In this document: positions 9,437 to 17,718 of the stretch, in pieces
Position numbering within the stretch: the stretch's first letter is position 1
How the letters are laid out: each line of letters begins with the position of its first letter
Assembly: GCA_028706295.1 (NCBI GenBank)
Contig: JAQWBQ010000009.1
Location: 8,110 to 72,109, forward strand
DNA length: 64,000 nucleotides
Reading direction: 5' to 3'
From: Bacteroidales bacterium
GTDB taxonomy: Bacteria; Bacteroidota; Bacteroidia; Bacteroidales; FEN-979
Translations under genes and position numbers: made by a program
The notes under the pieces: model-generated
The model's input: the letters and a program-made list of their open reading frames with translations, nothing else
What the model was told of the DNA's origin: nothing
The model's database searches: none

Positions 9437-10992
9437 GATTCAAGGTGTTCCTTACGCAACAGGTCGTTCACAGTCTTCACCGGATTGAAGGTAATAATAG
9501 GTACCTCAACAAACAAGGTAATCCAGTGTGCCATGGAACCATTCCACAATCCGGGCAATTCCTGCGCTTTTAATGTCATCCCGCCACTCGATTTCAGGGT
9601 GATGAAACCGGTGTTTTCATCAATGAACTGGTTCAGATCGAATTTTTTGCCGGAAAAATCACGGATGCAGCAGACCAGGTCGACCGGGTTAAAATGGGTG
9701 GATGATTTTACGATCAATCGCTGTTGTTCATTGTTGAGGTCGATCTGTGAAGATTCGACGATCTGCAACGAGTTTTTTCCCTGCCCGTCAACGATCCAGA
9801 AAGGACCGCCCCCGGGTTCACCCTCATTTTTAACCATTCCGCAGACCCGTATCGGGCGGTTCAGGAGATTAAACAGAAAGTCTGCTTTTTGGTTGACAGG
9901 CCAATGCAGGAATTCACCGGGAATGTCGAGGTGCAATACCCCTTCTGCAAAAGCGGAGATCCGGTTCAATTCCAGGTCACCGGATCTTCCCGACTGAATT
10001 TTATTAAGGTGGCCGAAAATTTCATCCCGGAGATGGATCAGGTATCCCCCGAGCAGCTTTTTATATTGGTAGGTTGTGCCTTTGAGCCGGTCGGGGACAA
10101 TGTTATCTATGTTTTTTATGAAAATGAGGTCGGCGTCAATTTCATTCAGATTTTCTATTAATGCCCCATGCCCTCCGGGACGAAAAAGGAGGGTTCCCGC
10201 TTCATTCCTGACCGGGAGGTTATTTTCATCAACGGCAATGATATCAGTCGACGGTTTTTGTACCGAGAAGGTGATGTCAAAATTCACGCGGTACTTTTGT
10301 TCGAGACCCGTAATTACTGCGGCAACCAACTTCCGGAAAATATCCGTGTGCTCGGTCGAAATGGTAAAATGCAATCTTGCGACATGCTGGTTGTCACGGG
10401 TATATTCGATGGCCTCAACAAGATGCTCCTCTGCTGAAGTACGGGCTCCGTCAGGATAACGGTGAAACTTAATCAGTCCTTTAGGCAAATTGGAGTAATT
10501 GAGCCCTTTTTCTGTTAAAATATAGTCAATGATTTTATTAAATGATTTATATTCAAGTAATTCTGAAAGATTAAACCCATCTTTGGCCAGTATGTCCCGA
10601 AGTTCCTGGTAAAAGGCAATACTTTCAAGATGCGTCATCAGATAGAACACCGAATTGGGCCCTTTATCGGCAAGGTACAAGTGCATTCCGGACTGATCTT
10701 CAGTGTATTTTTCACGAAATTCAAACAAATGCTTGAACATCCTGCTGGCGGCTCCCGAAGCCGGTACGAATTTGACAATTTTCAATCCAGGTTGCCGGCT
10801 TGCAAAGAGTTCAATCATCCGGTCCCGGTCGGTTTCGTCGAATACCATCAACCCATCGGATGGGGAGGCGGGCCTCACAAGGCTGACAAACGGGAATCCT
10901 TTGATAAAATGATCGATCTGCTTCCGGATTTTTACGGGATCAATACCCTTCTGTTCAATTTGAGCAAGGTCCTGTTGATTCAGCATTACCAT
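9433..10992 (-). CDS. DUF4301 family protein
   Basis: KFVPASGAASRMFK, RPGGHGALIENLN, FIKNIDN, GMVKNEGEPGGGPF, ELPGLWNG, FNPVKTVNDLLR. Confidence 0.88.
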   Translation of the reverse strand: MVMLNQQDLAQIEQKGIDPVKIRKQIDHFIKGFPFVSLVRPASPSDGLMVFDETDRDRMIELFASRQPGLKIVKFVPASGAASRMFKHLFEFREKYTEDQSGMHLYLADKGPNSVFYLMTHLESIAFYQELRDILAKDGFNLSELLEYKSFNKIIDYILTEKGLNYSNLPKGLIKFHRYPDGARTSAEEHLVEAIEYTRDNQHVARLHFTISTEHTDIFRKLVAAVITGLEQKYRVNFDITFSVQKPSTDIIAVDENNLPVRNEAGTLLFRPGGHGALIENLNEIDADLIFIKNIDNIVPDRLKGTTYQYKKLLGGYLIHLRDEIFGHLNKIQSGRSGDLELNRISAFAEGVLHLDIPGEFLHWPVNQKADFLFNLLNRPIRVCGMVKNEGEPGGGPFWIVDGQGKNSLQIVESSQIDLNNEQQRLIVKSSTHFNPVDLVCCIRDFSGKKFDLNQFIDENTGFITLKSSGGMTLKAQELPGLWNGSMAHWITLFVEVPIITFNPVKTVNDLLRKEHLES

Positions 10993-11010
10993 AATCTTTA
11001 GATTTCAACG

Positions 11011-11018
11011 CAAAATTA
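11011..11018 (-). promoter_or_regulatory. -7 element for DUF4301 gene
   Basis: CAAAATTA on + equals TAATTTTG on -, 18 nt upstream of the start. Confidence 0.65.
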
Positions 11019-11321
11019 TCGGAAAAAATGAAACAGGGGGGAGGAATTTTTATCTCTGCGAAAGATCATTCTATAAGGTAATGCCGGTTTACTTTTACCG
11101 GAACCATCAGTCGGAAGACTCAAAAATCATTTTCAATCCTTTTTTTATATAATTATAAACCAGTTTATAATTAAATATACATGAACTATTGCTTAATAAT
11201 ATATTTAATATATAATTGTATTACACTATGTTAGTTTAATTTTAATGACTTATCTGATGGTTATTTACAAATCAAATAATCCATGAACAGAATTAATTTA
11301 CGGATAGATACAGGTAAGTGT

Positions 11322-11434
11322 TTACAGATGTAATTACATTTGTAAACTGCATTAAAACACTATATATTAATATTATATATTTATTTTTCGTTTTTATTCA
11401 TGTTTAATTTTACATTTGTAAATTACATTTGTAA
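11322..11434. repeat. Four TTACA-N2-TGTAA palindromes in two tandem pairs
   Basis: 11322-11333 TTACAGATGTAA, 11334-11345 TTACATTTGTAA, 11410-11421 and 11423-11434 TTACATTTGTAA. Confidence 0.88.
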
Positions 11435-11537
11435 TCTTTTTAGTTTTCATTAATAAATTATTGTTATAATATTATATATCAATATTATAAAATAAATGAA
11501 AAAACTATTACTTTAAATAAAACAATTTTTAAAGTAC

Positions 11538-11568
11538 TTTGATGTTCGTTTTTAAATATTTACTTTTG
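11538..11568 (+). promoter_or_regulatory. Consensus Bacteroidota sigma-A promoter of the HTH gene
   Basis: TTTG (11538-11541), N19, TACTTTTG (11561-11568), 16 nt before the ATG. Confidence 0.85.
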
Positions 11569-11584
11569 TAAAAAACTTTTTTCG

Positions 11585-12079
11585 ATGGTCGACCGGATTT
11601 TATATCTACTCAAGCAGAAAAATCTGACGATCTCCCAGTTTGCCGATGAGATCGGGATCCAGAAGTCGGGTATGTCACATTTAATTTCAGGCCGGAACAA
11701 ACCAAGTCTGGAATTGATTTTAAAAATTCTGCAAAGGTATCCGGAGGTAAAACCCGAGTGGTTGTTGCTGGGCACCGGGGATAAGTATTCAGGTAGCAGT
11801 AAAAAAGAAAATCCGGTTCAACCTGTCGGTGATAATGCAAAATATGCATCAACGGGTGCTACCTTATTCGATATTCCCGAAATAGTCACAGGAGAAGCTG
11901 AAGCCAAACCGGTATCCGTTGAACCGGACGATGGATCGGTGAATCCCGCCGTTCACATTGATCCGGCTCCCATCCCTTCGACAAATCCGACAGGGATTAC
12001 CGAAAATCAGGGATCAGGGATCGACCGTGTGGTCCTGTTTTTTAAGGACCGGACTTTCATGGAATACGCACCCCGCTGA
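11585..12079 (+). CDS. XRE/Cro-CI family HTH protein
   Basis: LTISQFADEIGIQKSGMSHLISGRNKPSLELILKIL..YPEVKPEWLLLGTG, a linker, then C-terminal IDRVVLFFKDRTFMEY. Confidence 0.88.
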   Translation: MVDRILYLLKQKNLTISQFADEIGIQKSGMSHLISGRNKPSLELILKILQRYPEVKPEWLLLGTGDKYSGSSKKENPVQPVGDNAKYASTGATLFDIPEIVTGEAEAKPVSVEPDDGSVNPAVHIDPAPIPSTNPTGITENQGSGIDRVVLFFKDRTFMEYAPR

Positions 12080-12129
12080 CCGTTCATATCGCTTTTGAAC
12101 GTCGCATGAACCCGGGTGATTAATGGTGG

Positions 12130-12549
12130 TCAATGGTTTTCTAACGAAGAGAAAAAGAAGGAGGATTCGCGCAGGGCGCTTTCATCACTGTCGGAGCCAT
12201 GAATGGCATTTTCACTCAGATTTTTCCCGTAAAGTTTACGGATGGTGCCTTCGGCTGCCTTTGCAGGATCGGTGGCTCCTATAAATTGACGAAAAGCATC
12301 AACCGCATTTTCTTTCTGAAGAATAGCCGCAATGATGGGGCCGGATGACATGAATTTGGTAAGATCCTCATAGAATGGTTTTCCCAGGTGCATTTCATAA
12401 AATAATCCGGCCTGCTCCCGGGTCAGCCGGGTTTTCTTCATGGCTTTAATCCGGTATCCACCCGATTCAATCTGTGCAAGAATTTTACCGGAATAACCGG
12501 CTTCGACAGCTGAAGGTTTGATCATGGTAAAAGTAATATCTCCACGCAT
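12130..12549 (-). CDS. ndk: Nucleoside-diphosphate kinase
   Basis: TFTMIKP, FMSSGP, GATDP..A..GTIR, NAIHGSDS. Start is ATG 12549 because a -7 element lies at 12571-12578. Confidence 0.96.
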   Translation of the reverse strand: MRGDITFTMIKPSAVEAGYSGKILAQIESGGYRIKAMKKTRLTREQAGLFYEMHLGKPFYEDLTKFMSSGPIIAAILQKENAVDAFRQFIGATDPAKAAEGTIRKLYGKNLSENAIHGSDSDESALRESSFFFSSLENH

Positions 12550-12570
12550 TTTCAATGTTTTTATACAGGA

Positions 12571-12609
12571 CAAAATTACCATAAATAATTCAAAATATCC
12601 CTATTTTTG
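12571..12609. promoter_or_regulatory. Back-to-back -7 elements for ndk (-) and DHH gene (+)
   Basis: CAAAATTA 12571-12578 (TAATTTTG on -) and TATTTTTG 12602-12609. Confidence 0.65.
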
Positions 12610-12631
12610 CAAATGCTAAACTCCCTTCTGC

Positions 12632-13651
12632 TTGGAAAATACTGATTTTATTGATATATCACAATTGCTGTCAACACGGCGGCGAATTCTGATTACGACT
12701 CATACCAATCCCGATGGTGATGCCATTGGCGCGAGCCTTGCCCTGGCGAGCTACCTGAAGAAAAAGCGGCATCAGGTTTGGGTAATGGTTCCGGATCCCT
12801 ATCCCGATTTTCTTGCCTGGATGCCCGGTACCCAAGAGGTACTGGTATATAAAAAACAACCCGAAATCTGCGAAAACATCGTGAATCAGGCCGATGTCAT
12901 CCTGGCAGCCGATTACAACTGTTTCGACCGGATAAATGAAATCGGGCCTTTGGCAAGGAATTCCCGGGCTGTGAAGATCCTTGTGGACCATCATTTGAAC
13001 CCGTCGGATGAATTTGATTTCAGGATTTCCGTTTCGGCGGTCTCATCCACCTCTGAACTGGTTTACAATTTCATAGAAGCAAATGGCGATCTCAACCTGA
13101 TGGACCGGGAGATTGCAGAAAATATCTATACAGGAATTATTACCGATACAGGTTCACTGAGTTATTCCTGCAACTATATTAAAACCTACCTGATTGTTGC
13201 TGAATTATTTAAACTTGGGATCGATGGCGAGTACATTCACCGGTTGGTCTACGATACCTATTCGGAGAGCAGGTTGAGATTGCTCGGATATTCGATCAGT
13301 CACCAACTGGTTGTGTTACCGGAATTTCACACTGCTTATATCACCTTGACAAAATCAGATCTTGACCGGTTTCATCATCAGATCGGAGACACAGAGGGTA
13401 TTGTTAACTATGCCCTTTCCATTGAAGGGATCAACCTCGCTGCATTGTTTATGGAACGGGATGGTATCGTTAAAATCTCCTTCCGGTCAAAAGGTAACTT
13501 TTCGGTGGACTGCCTTGCCCGTGATCATTTTAACGGGGGAGGCCACAGAAATGCCGCTGGCGCCAATTGCAGTACCACCATAAATGAAACGGTTCAGCTA
13601 TTTCTGAAAATTTTGCCTCAGTTTCAGTCTCAGCTCAATTCAGTCTATTAG
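12632..13651 (+). CDS. DHH/DHHA1 phosphoesterase (NrnA-like oligoribonuclease/pAp phosphatase)
   Basis: HTNPDGDAIG, VDHH, IITDTGS, KISFRS, GGGHRNAAG; TTG start. Confidence 0.92.
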   Translation: MENTDFIDISQLLSTRRRILITTHTNPDGDAIGASLALASYLKKKRHQVWVMVPDPYPDFLAWMPGTQEVLVYKKQPEICENIVNQADVILAADYNCFDRINEIGPLARNSRAVKILVDHHLNPSDEFDFRISVSAVSSTSELVYNFIEANGDLNLMDREIAENIYTGIITDTGSLSYSCNYIKTYLIVAELFKLGIDGEYIHRLVYDTYSESRLRLLGYSISHQLVVLPEFHTAYITLTKSDLDRFHHQIGDTEGIVNYALSIEGINLAALFMERDGIVKISFRSKGNFSVDCLARDHFNGGGHRNAAGANCSTTINETVQLFLKILPQFQSQLNSVY

Positions 13652-14202
13652 TGAAAAGAGTAAAAGAACGGTCGTTTTTACACGTTCCGGAATTGTTCAT
13701 GTTCCTGTTACTTTGCTGGTTTTCCTCCTGCAATGACCATTCACAACCTGTTGAAAATACAGTAAATTTCACGATGACCGACGACACCGTCATCAAATAC
13801 AACAGAGAGATTGTGCAAGCCGAATCACAGGATATTGAGGATTTCATAAGCCGGTACAAATGGAACATGGTGAAAACCCCGACAGGCCTCCGGTACATGA
13901 TTTATAAGCAGGGAAGCGGACGGCATCCGGTGGGGGGTGACCAGGTGACCATAAATTATTCGCTTAAACTGCTCGACGGCAAAGAGATCGTTAAGCCGGG
14001 TTCCTCTGATACCCTGAAGTTCAAGCTCAGCACAGGTAAAGTTCCGGGCGGACTGGAAGAAGGTATCATGCTGATGACGGCCGGCGCCAGGGCAAAACTG
14101 GTTGTGCCGTCGCACCTGGCTTTCGGATTGCTGGGTGATCTCGACAATATTCCCAACAGGGCCGTTCTTGTTTATGATGTGGAACTCTGTCGGATCAATT
14201 AA
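13651..14202 (+). CDS. FKBP-type PPIase lipoprotein, GldI-like
   Basis: Lipobox FSSC; GLRY..GDQVTINYSLKLLDG..GLEEGIMLM..SHLAFGLLGD..VLVYDVEL. Sits in the GldI position of the ndk-DHH-gldI-FKBP block. Confidence 0.8.
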   Translation: MKRVKERSFLHVPELFMFLLLCWFSSCNDHSQPVENTVNFTMTDDTVIKYNREIVQAESQDIEDFISRYKWNMVKTPTGLRYMIYKQGSGRHPVGGDQVTINYSLKLLDGKEIVKPGSSDTLKFKLSTGKVPGGLEEGIMLMTAGARAKLVVPSHLAFGLLGDLDNIPNRAVLVYDVELCRIN

Positions 14203-14211
14203 ATGAATCCC

Positions 14212-14219
14212 TAACTTTG
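14212..14219 (+). promoter_or_regulatory. -7 element upstream of the large FKBP gene
   Basis: TAACTTTG about 200 nt before the start codon. Confidence 0.6.
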
Positions 14220-14417
14220 TACCTTCACTTTGAACGGAATGTTTATAAAACTGTTGAAAAATTAAATATAAAGAAAGGCTTGTAAAGCCGGTAGCTTGTT
14301 AACTTAACATGCTTATTCGCAACAGCTTTCACCGGTTTTCATTTTTCGGGTTTAATAGTGTTAATTATTTAATAATCAGTAAATTATAATCTAAATTTTG
14401 TTTAATTAAAATGTAAA

Positions 14418-15722
14418 ATGCACATTATGAAAAAAATTGTTCTGAATCCGTTGGTCATGGTGATGTTGGTTGCTTTGACTGTGTTGGCTTGTTCATCGAA
14501 GTATGCAGGTTATGATAAGAGTGAAACAGGTTTATACTACAAGTTGTACAAAACCGGAAAGGATACCGTAAAAGCAAAAATCGGTGATTTTGTATCGCTT
14601 CAGATGCGTTACGCCTATAAAGATTCCACGCTCTTTAACAGCAAGGCGATGGGTGAGCCGATCAGATTTCAGGTACCCCCTTCCGATTTCAAGGGAGATA
14701 TTTATGAAGGCATCCGGATGATGTCGGCTGGCGACAGCGCCTCATTCATCATCAACGCCGATTCGCTCTTTCTGAAAACATTCCGTCAGCCCCAAAGGCC
14801 TCCTTTTGTCGACAGTAACAGCGTGGTCTATTTCTATGTGACCTTGCTGACGGTTGAGTCTCCTGACCTTATGAGAAAGAACGAAGAATTGGCGCTGAAA
14901 AAATATCTGGAAGAAAAAAAGATCACGGTAGCTCCTTTACCTTCAGGTCTTTACTATATCGAAAACGTTGCAGGAAAAGCTAAGAAAGTGGATACGGGAA
15001 CCTGGGTAAGGGCACATTTCAAGGTATCGTTGATCGACGGAAAGGAGATATTCTCCTCCTTTGACCGTCCCGAACCAATGGAATTCGAATATGGCCAGCG
15101 TTTCGACACTCCCGGTTTTGAAGAAGGCGTTGGAAAAATGATGAAAGGCGGGAAATCGACGCTGATCGTGCCGTCATCCATTGCTTTCGGTGAACAAGGC
15201 CGCGGCTCTATCGTTCCCCCGTTCGCTACCATAATCTATGAAGTTGAAATAGTCGATATCCAAACCAAGGCTGAACATGAAAAACAGGTTGCAGCCAAAC
15301 AAAACGAAGCCAAAATGAAATCGGAAAATGCCAAGAAACAGGAAAGTGAACTGATGCAAAAATACCTGAAAGACCACAAAATCACGGCTAAGCCAACGGC
15401 AAGCGGACTGATCTATGTCGAAAACGTAAAAGGAACCGGAAAGCGCGCTGTTCCCGGACAAAAGGTTAAAGTTCATTACACCGGAACCCTTTTAAACGGA
15501 ACGAAATTCGATTCTTCCCGCGACCGCAAGGAACCTTTTGAATTCACACTCGGTAAAGGCCAGGTTATTCAGGGATGGGACGAAGGCATCGCCATGATGA
15601 ATGTAGGTGGAAAAGCCACGCTTGTAATCCCGTCGAAAATCGGTTACGGTGACCGTGACATGGGAAGTATTCCTCCCTTTTCTACACTCGTCTTTGATGT
15701 AGAATTACTTGATGTGAAATAA
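14418..15722 (+). CDS. FKBP-type PPIase lipoprotein with three FKBP domains
   Basis: Lipobox LAC. Three xSGLYY/IY...FKBP modules, the last canonical (VKVHYTGTLLNGTKFDSS..QVIQGWDEG..LVFDVEL). Start may be ATG 14427. Confidence 0.88.
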   Translation: MHIMKKIVLNPLVMVMLVALTVLACSSKYAGYDKSETGLYYKLYKTGKDTVKAKIGDFVSLQMRYAYKDSTLFNSKAMGEPIRFQVPPSDFKGDIYEGIRMMSAGDSASFIINADSLFLKTFRQPQRPPFVDSNSVVYFYVTLLTVESPDLMRKNEELALKKYLEEKKITVAPLPSGLYYIENVAGKAKKVDTGTWVRAHFKVSLIDGKEIFSSFDRPEPMEFEYGQRFDTPGFEEGVGKMMKGGKSTLIVPSSIAFGEQGRGSIVPPFATIIYEVEIVDIQTKAEHEKQVAAKQNEAKMKSENAKKQESELMQKYLKDHKITAKPTASGLIYVENVKGTGKRAVPGQKVKVHYTGTLLNGTKFDSSRDRKEPFEFTLGKGQVIQGWDEGIAMMNVGGKATLVIPSKIGYGDRDMGSIPPFSTLVFDVELLDVK

Positions 15723-15736
15723 TTAAAATCAAGGAT

Positions 15737-16780
15737 TTGAAAAAAATAATTCTCCTGGTAATAATCAGCTTTCTGGTTGTTAGATCAGAGGTGGTTTCAT
15801 TGACCGTTAACTTTTCATCGACAAAAGTCTGCCTTGGAAATGAAACCACCCTGATCAACAGATCGGTTGCCCCTGGCGACAGCATCCAGTACGTGATGTG
15901 GGATCTGAACGGCGATGGAAAATTTGATGATGCATTTACCGATACCGTTCAGACAACGCTCAGCTATTCGGGCTCACACGAGATCGGATTAAAGGTGATC
16001 ACATATGGCGGTGAGGCGAAAGCATTGTATCAGCTGGTTTATGTCGGAGCGGTCAAGGCCGGATTTTCTTTCAAGACCGGCTGTATGTACCAACCCATAC
16101 AGTTCGTGGATCAATCGGAAGTTATCGGTGATGCCGCTGCTGGTTATTACTGGGATTTTGGTGATGGTACGCTTCCGGTATACATCCAGAATCCGACCCA
16201 TCAATTCACTTCTGCCGGCACTTTCGTTGTGAAACAGCGTGTTACTTCACTGCTGGGATGCATGGACTCGACGGTTCAAGCCATTACCATTGGAAACGAG
16301 GTAACAGTTAATTTAAGTTTCATGGGGGATACGGTGTTCGTCAAAGGTGACAGTGTAATCGCCTATCTTACGAGCACATACGACAGCGTCAGGTGGTCGA
16401 CCGGAGCAACAAGTTCTTCGATCGTAATAAAAACCGGAGGGTATTATTGGGTCCGGGTTTACGTGGGCGGCTGTTTTGCCGATAAAAGCTTTCGGGTTCA
16501 GGTCGACGAATATGGATCTGATGCGGTGATAATGAACCTGATCACGCCCAATGGTGATGGGATGAACGACCAGTGGAAAATCCTGAACCTGGAAAAAATC
16601 GGTCCGTGCGACGTGAATATTTACAACCGTTACGGGGAGCGGGTTTTTTCAAATCCGACGTATGACAATGCGTGGGAAGGCACTTTCAAGGGCAAATCCC
16701 TTCCGAACGACACCTATTTTTATTTTGTCCGCTGCTATAATCAGGATTTGATCCAGGGAACTGTAAACATTCTGAAATGA
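15737..16780 (+). CDS. PKD-domain T9SS cargo with type B CTD (gliding-motility-associated C-terminal domain)
   Basis: PKD motifs WDLNGDG and YYWDFGDG; CTD NLITPNGDGMNDQWKI..IYNRYGERVF..WEG..LPNDTYFY. Confidence 0.88.
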   Translation: MKKIILLVIISFLVVRSEVVSLTVNFSSTKVCLGNETTLINRSVAPGDSIQYVMWDLNGDGKFDDAFTDTVQTTLSYSGSHEIGLKVITYGGEAKALYQLVYVGAVKAGFSFKTGCMYQPIQFVDQSEVIGDAAAGYYWDFGDGTLPVYIQNPTHQFTSAGTFVVKQRVTSLLGCMDSTVQAITIGNEVTVNLSFMGDTVFVKGDSVIAYLTSTYDSVRWSTGATSSSIVIKTGGYYWVRVYVGGCFADKSFRVQVDEYGSDAVIMNLITPNGDGMNDQWKILNLEKIGPCDVNIYNRYGERVFSNPTYDNAWEGTFKGKSLPNDTYFYFVRCYNQDLIQGTVNILK

Positions 16781-17718
16781 GAAGGATTCTACTCTGTATC
16801 ATCATTTCCATCGGATTTTTTTCTGGTCTCCGCGCCCAGCAAGTCCCGATACCTGATAACTACCTGATCAACCCGGTGATAGTTTCTCCGGCATTTTCGG
16901 GGAAATATTTTCCATTTCAGGCCTATGTAACCCATCGGAGCGAATGGACCGGTTTATCGGGAGCTCCGGTCATCGGAAATATCAGTATTGACGGCAAACT
17001 CGGGAAAAAAATGGGAATCGGTGGCAACATCCTGTTGAATAAAGCCGGGATATACCGTAACTTCACAGTGAATCTAAATTACGCATTTCATTTGCAGGTT
17101 GCTAAAGATCACTTTCTGAGCTTTGGGATTACCGGAGCTTTTTATCAGAATTCAGTTGATTTGTCGGATCTGGTTGTGAGTGACCCCTATGACCCCATGA
17201 TCCTGAACCATGATAAAACGACCGAGAGTTATTTCAACGTAGGAGCCAGCCTGTTGTATAACTGGAAGGATTTCAATTTCTGTATCGCTTTCCCGATGAT
17301 GATCAATAACAAATCGTTGTATTCCGATACGCTTTACGACAACGTGCTGACCATGAACCGTAACTGGATGATTTACGGTAATTATTCCATTTTCCTGGCA
17401 AAGGACTGGAAACTGAAAATTGATCTGCTGTTCCGGCAGGCCCAACACATGCCCTGGACTTTTGATATCTCTACGGCTGTGAGGTATGCCGACAGTTACT
17501 GGTTGGGAGTTTTGTACCGGAAAAATAACATCATCGGAATCCAGGTCGGACTGGCTGTGGTCAAGACCATCGTGCTCAACTACACGTATGAATTTTCGGG
17601 TTCTTCCATGGATGGGAAAAGCGGAGGAACCCATGAAATTACTTTGGGATGCCGGATCGGGAGCCCCGCTGCATCAAAGTCAAATTCCGCCCTGAAAATT
17701 AACGAATATGACAGATAG
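16777..17718 (+). CDS. PorP/SprF family T9SS outer-membrane protein
   Basis: NYLINPVIVSPAFSG, HRSEWTGLSGAP, YTYEF...GGTHEITLG; directly follows a type B CTD gene. Confidence 0.9.
   Translation: MRRILLCIIISIGFFSGLRAQQVPIPDNYLINPVIVSPAFSGKYFPFQAYVTHRSEWTGLSGAPVIGNISIDGKLGKKMGIGGNILLNKAGIYRNFTVNLNYAFHLQVAKDHFLSFGITGAFYQNSVDLSDLVVSDPYDPMILNHDKTTESYFNVGASLLYNWKDFNFCIAFPMMINNKSLYSDTLYDNVLTMNRNWMIYGNYSIFLAKDWKLKIDLLFRQAQHMPWTFDISTAVRYADSYWLGVLYRKNNIIGIQVGLAVVKTIVLNYTYEFSGSSMDGKSGGTHEITLGCRIGSPAASKSNSALKINEYDR

Noticed and set aside
11209-11236. dif-like string (..ATAA TTGTAT TACAC TATGTTAG)
   Set aside because: The XerD-like arm is displaced by about 4 nt and the XerC arm is poor, so it does not fit the 11-6-11 geometry, even though gene orientation converges in this part of the window.
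11496-11516. Mini-ORF MKKLLL* with an A-rich initiation context
   Set aside because: Six codons in extremely AT-rich DNA with no continuation in any frame; chance is likely.
10993-11584. oriC call for the AT-rich spacer
   Set aside because: No TTATCCACA-type boxes (best is TTATTTACA), and the thrS-rplT operon would be head-on. Kept only as an untested alternative.
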